Part shown: piece after piece, positions 63,709 to 64,000 of the stretch
Layout of the letters: every line of letters begins with the position of its first letter
Numbering within the stretch: the first letter of the stretch is position 1
NCBI GenBank assembly: GCA_977017645.1
Contig: OZ360225.1
Coordinates: 15,562,001 to 15,626,000 of the forward strand
DNA from: Torpedo marmorata
Lineage: Eukaryota
Direction of reading: 5' to 3'
Length of the DNA stretch: 64,000 bases
The notes under the pieces: generated by a model
What the model saw: the letters and a program-made list of their open reading frames with translations, nothing else
The model's database searches: none
Told to the model about the DNA's origin: nothing
Translations under genes and position numbers: made by a program

Positions 63709-64000
63709 GTAAGAAATCTTAAAATCTTTCATAAATTACTTGGTTGGAATATACCCTTTGTAAAGTTTCTATCAATATCTAATACCTCATTATTGTTTGA
63801 CTGTACCCATTCTAACATGCTGAAAAGTTATGCATCATTATATATCCCACTGCTCTATAGAAAAGATTCTGCAATAAAGTGGTTGCACAGAAACATAAAC
63901 GGACTATTTTAGATAGGCTAGGACCAGTTCAAGGTCATAAGTAATGATTATTAACTCCTAAGGGGATGTTTTGTGGTTGACATGAGTGGTGGAAGGCATT

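Overview
Eukaryotic (vertebrate) genomic DNA, very probably from a cartilaginous fish. This is inferred from HE1-type V-SINEs, abundant shark/ray-type CR1, Rex1/Babar, Tx1 and Penelope remnants. The window holds five phase-compatible coding exons (+ strand) from the 3' half of an ITPRID1 (CCDC129; KRAP/SSFA2 family) gene at 14377-14456, 19722-20759, 33176-33303, 56424-56535 and from 63376. The introns are mostly transposable elements. They include two BEL/Pao LTR elements and a Gmr1-like Gypsy element (integrase before RT, tRNA-Pro PBS, 4-bp TSD) with a BEL and a Rex1/Babar LINE nested in it. There are also two near-identical young CR1s in inverted orientation around one exon, L1s with 15-16-bp TSDs (one 5'-inverted), three solo LTRs, pogo-type MITEs and Penelope remnants with hammerhead-like cores. 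About nine copies of an unnamed GC-rich non-coding retroposon are present. No prokaryotic features or CRISPR were seen. All divergence figures are by-eye counts and no database search was possible.
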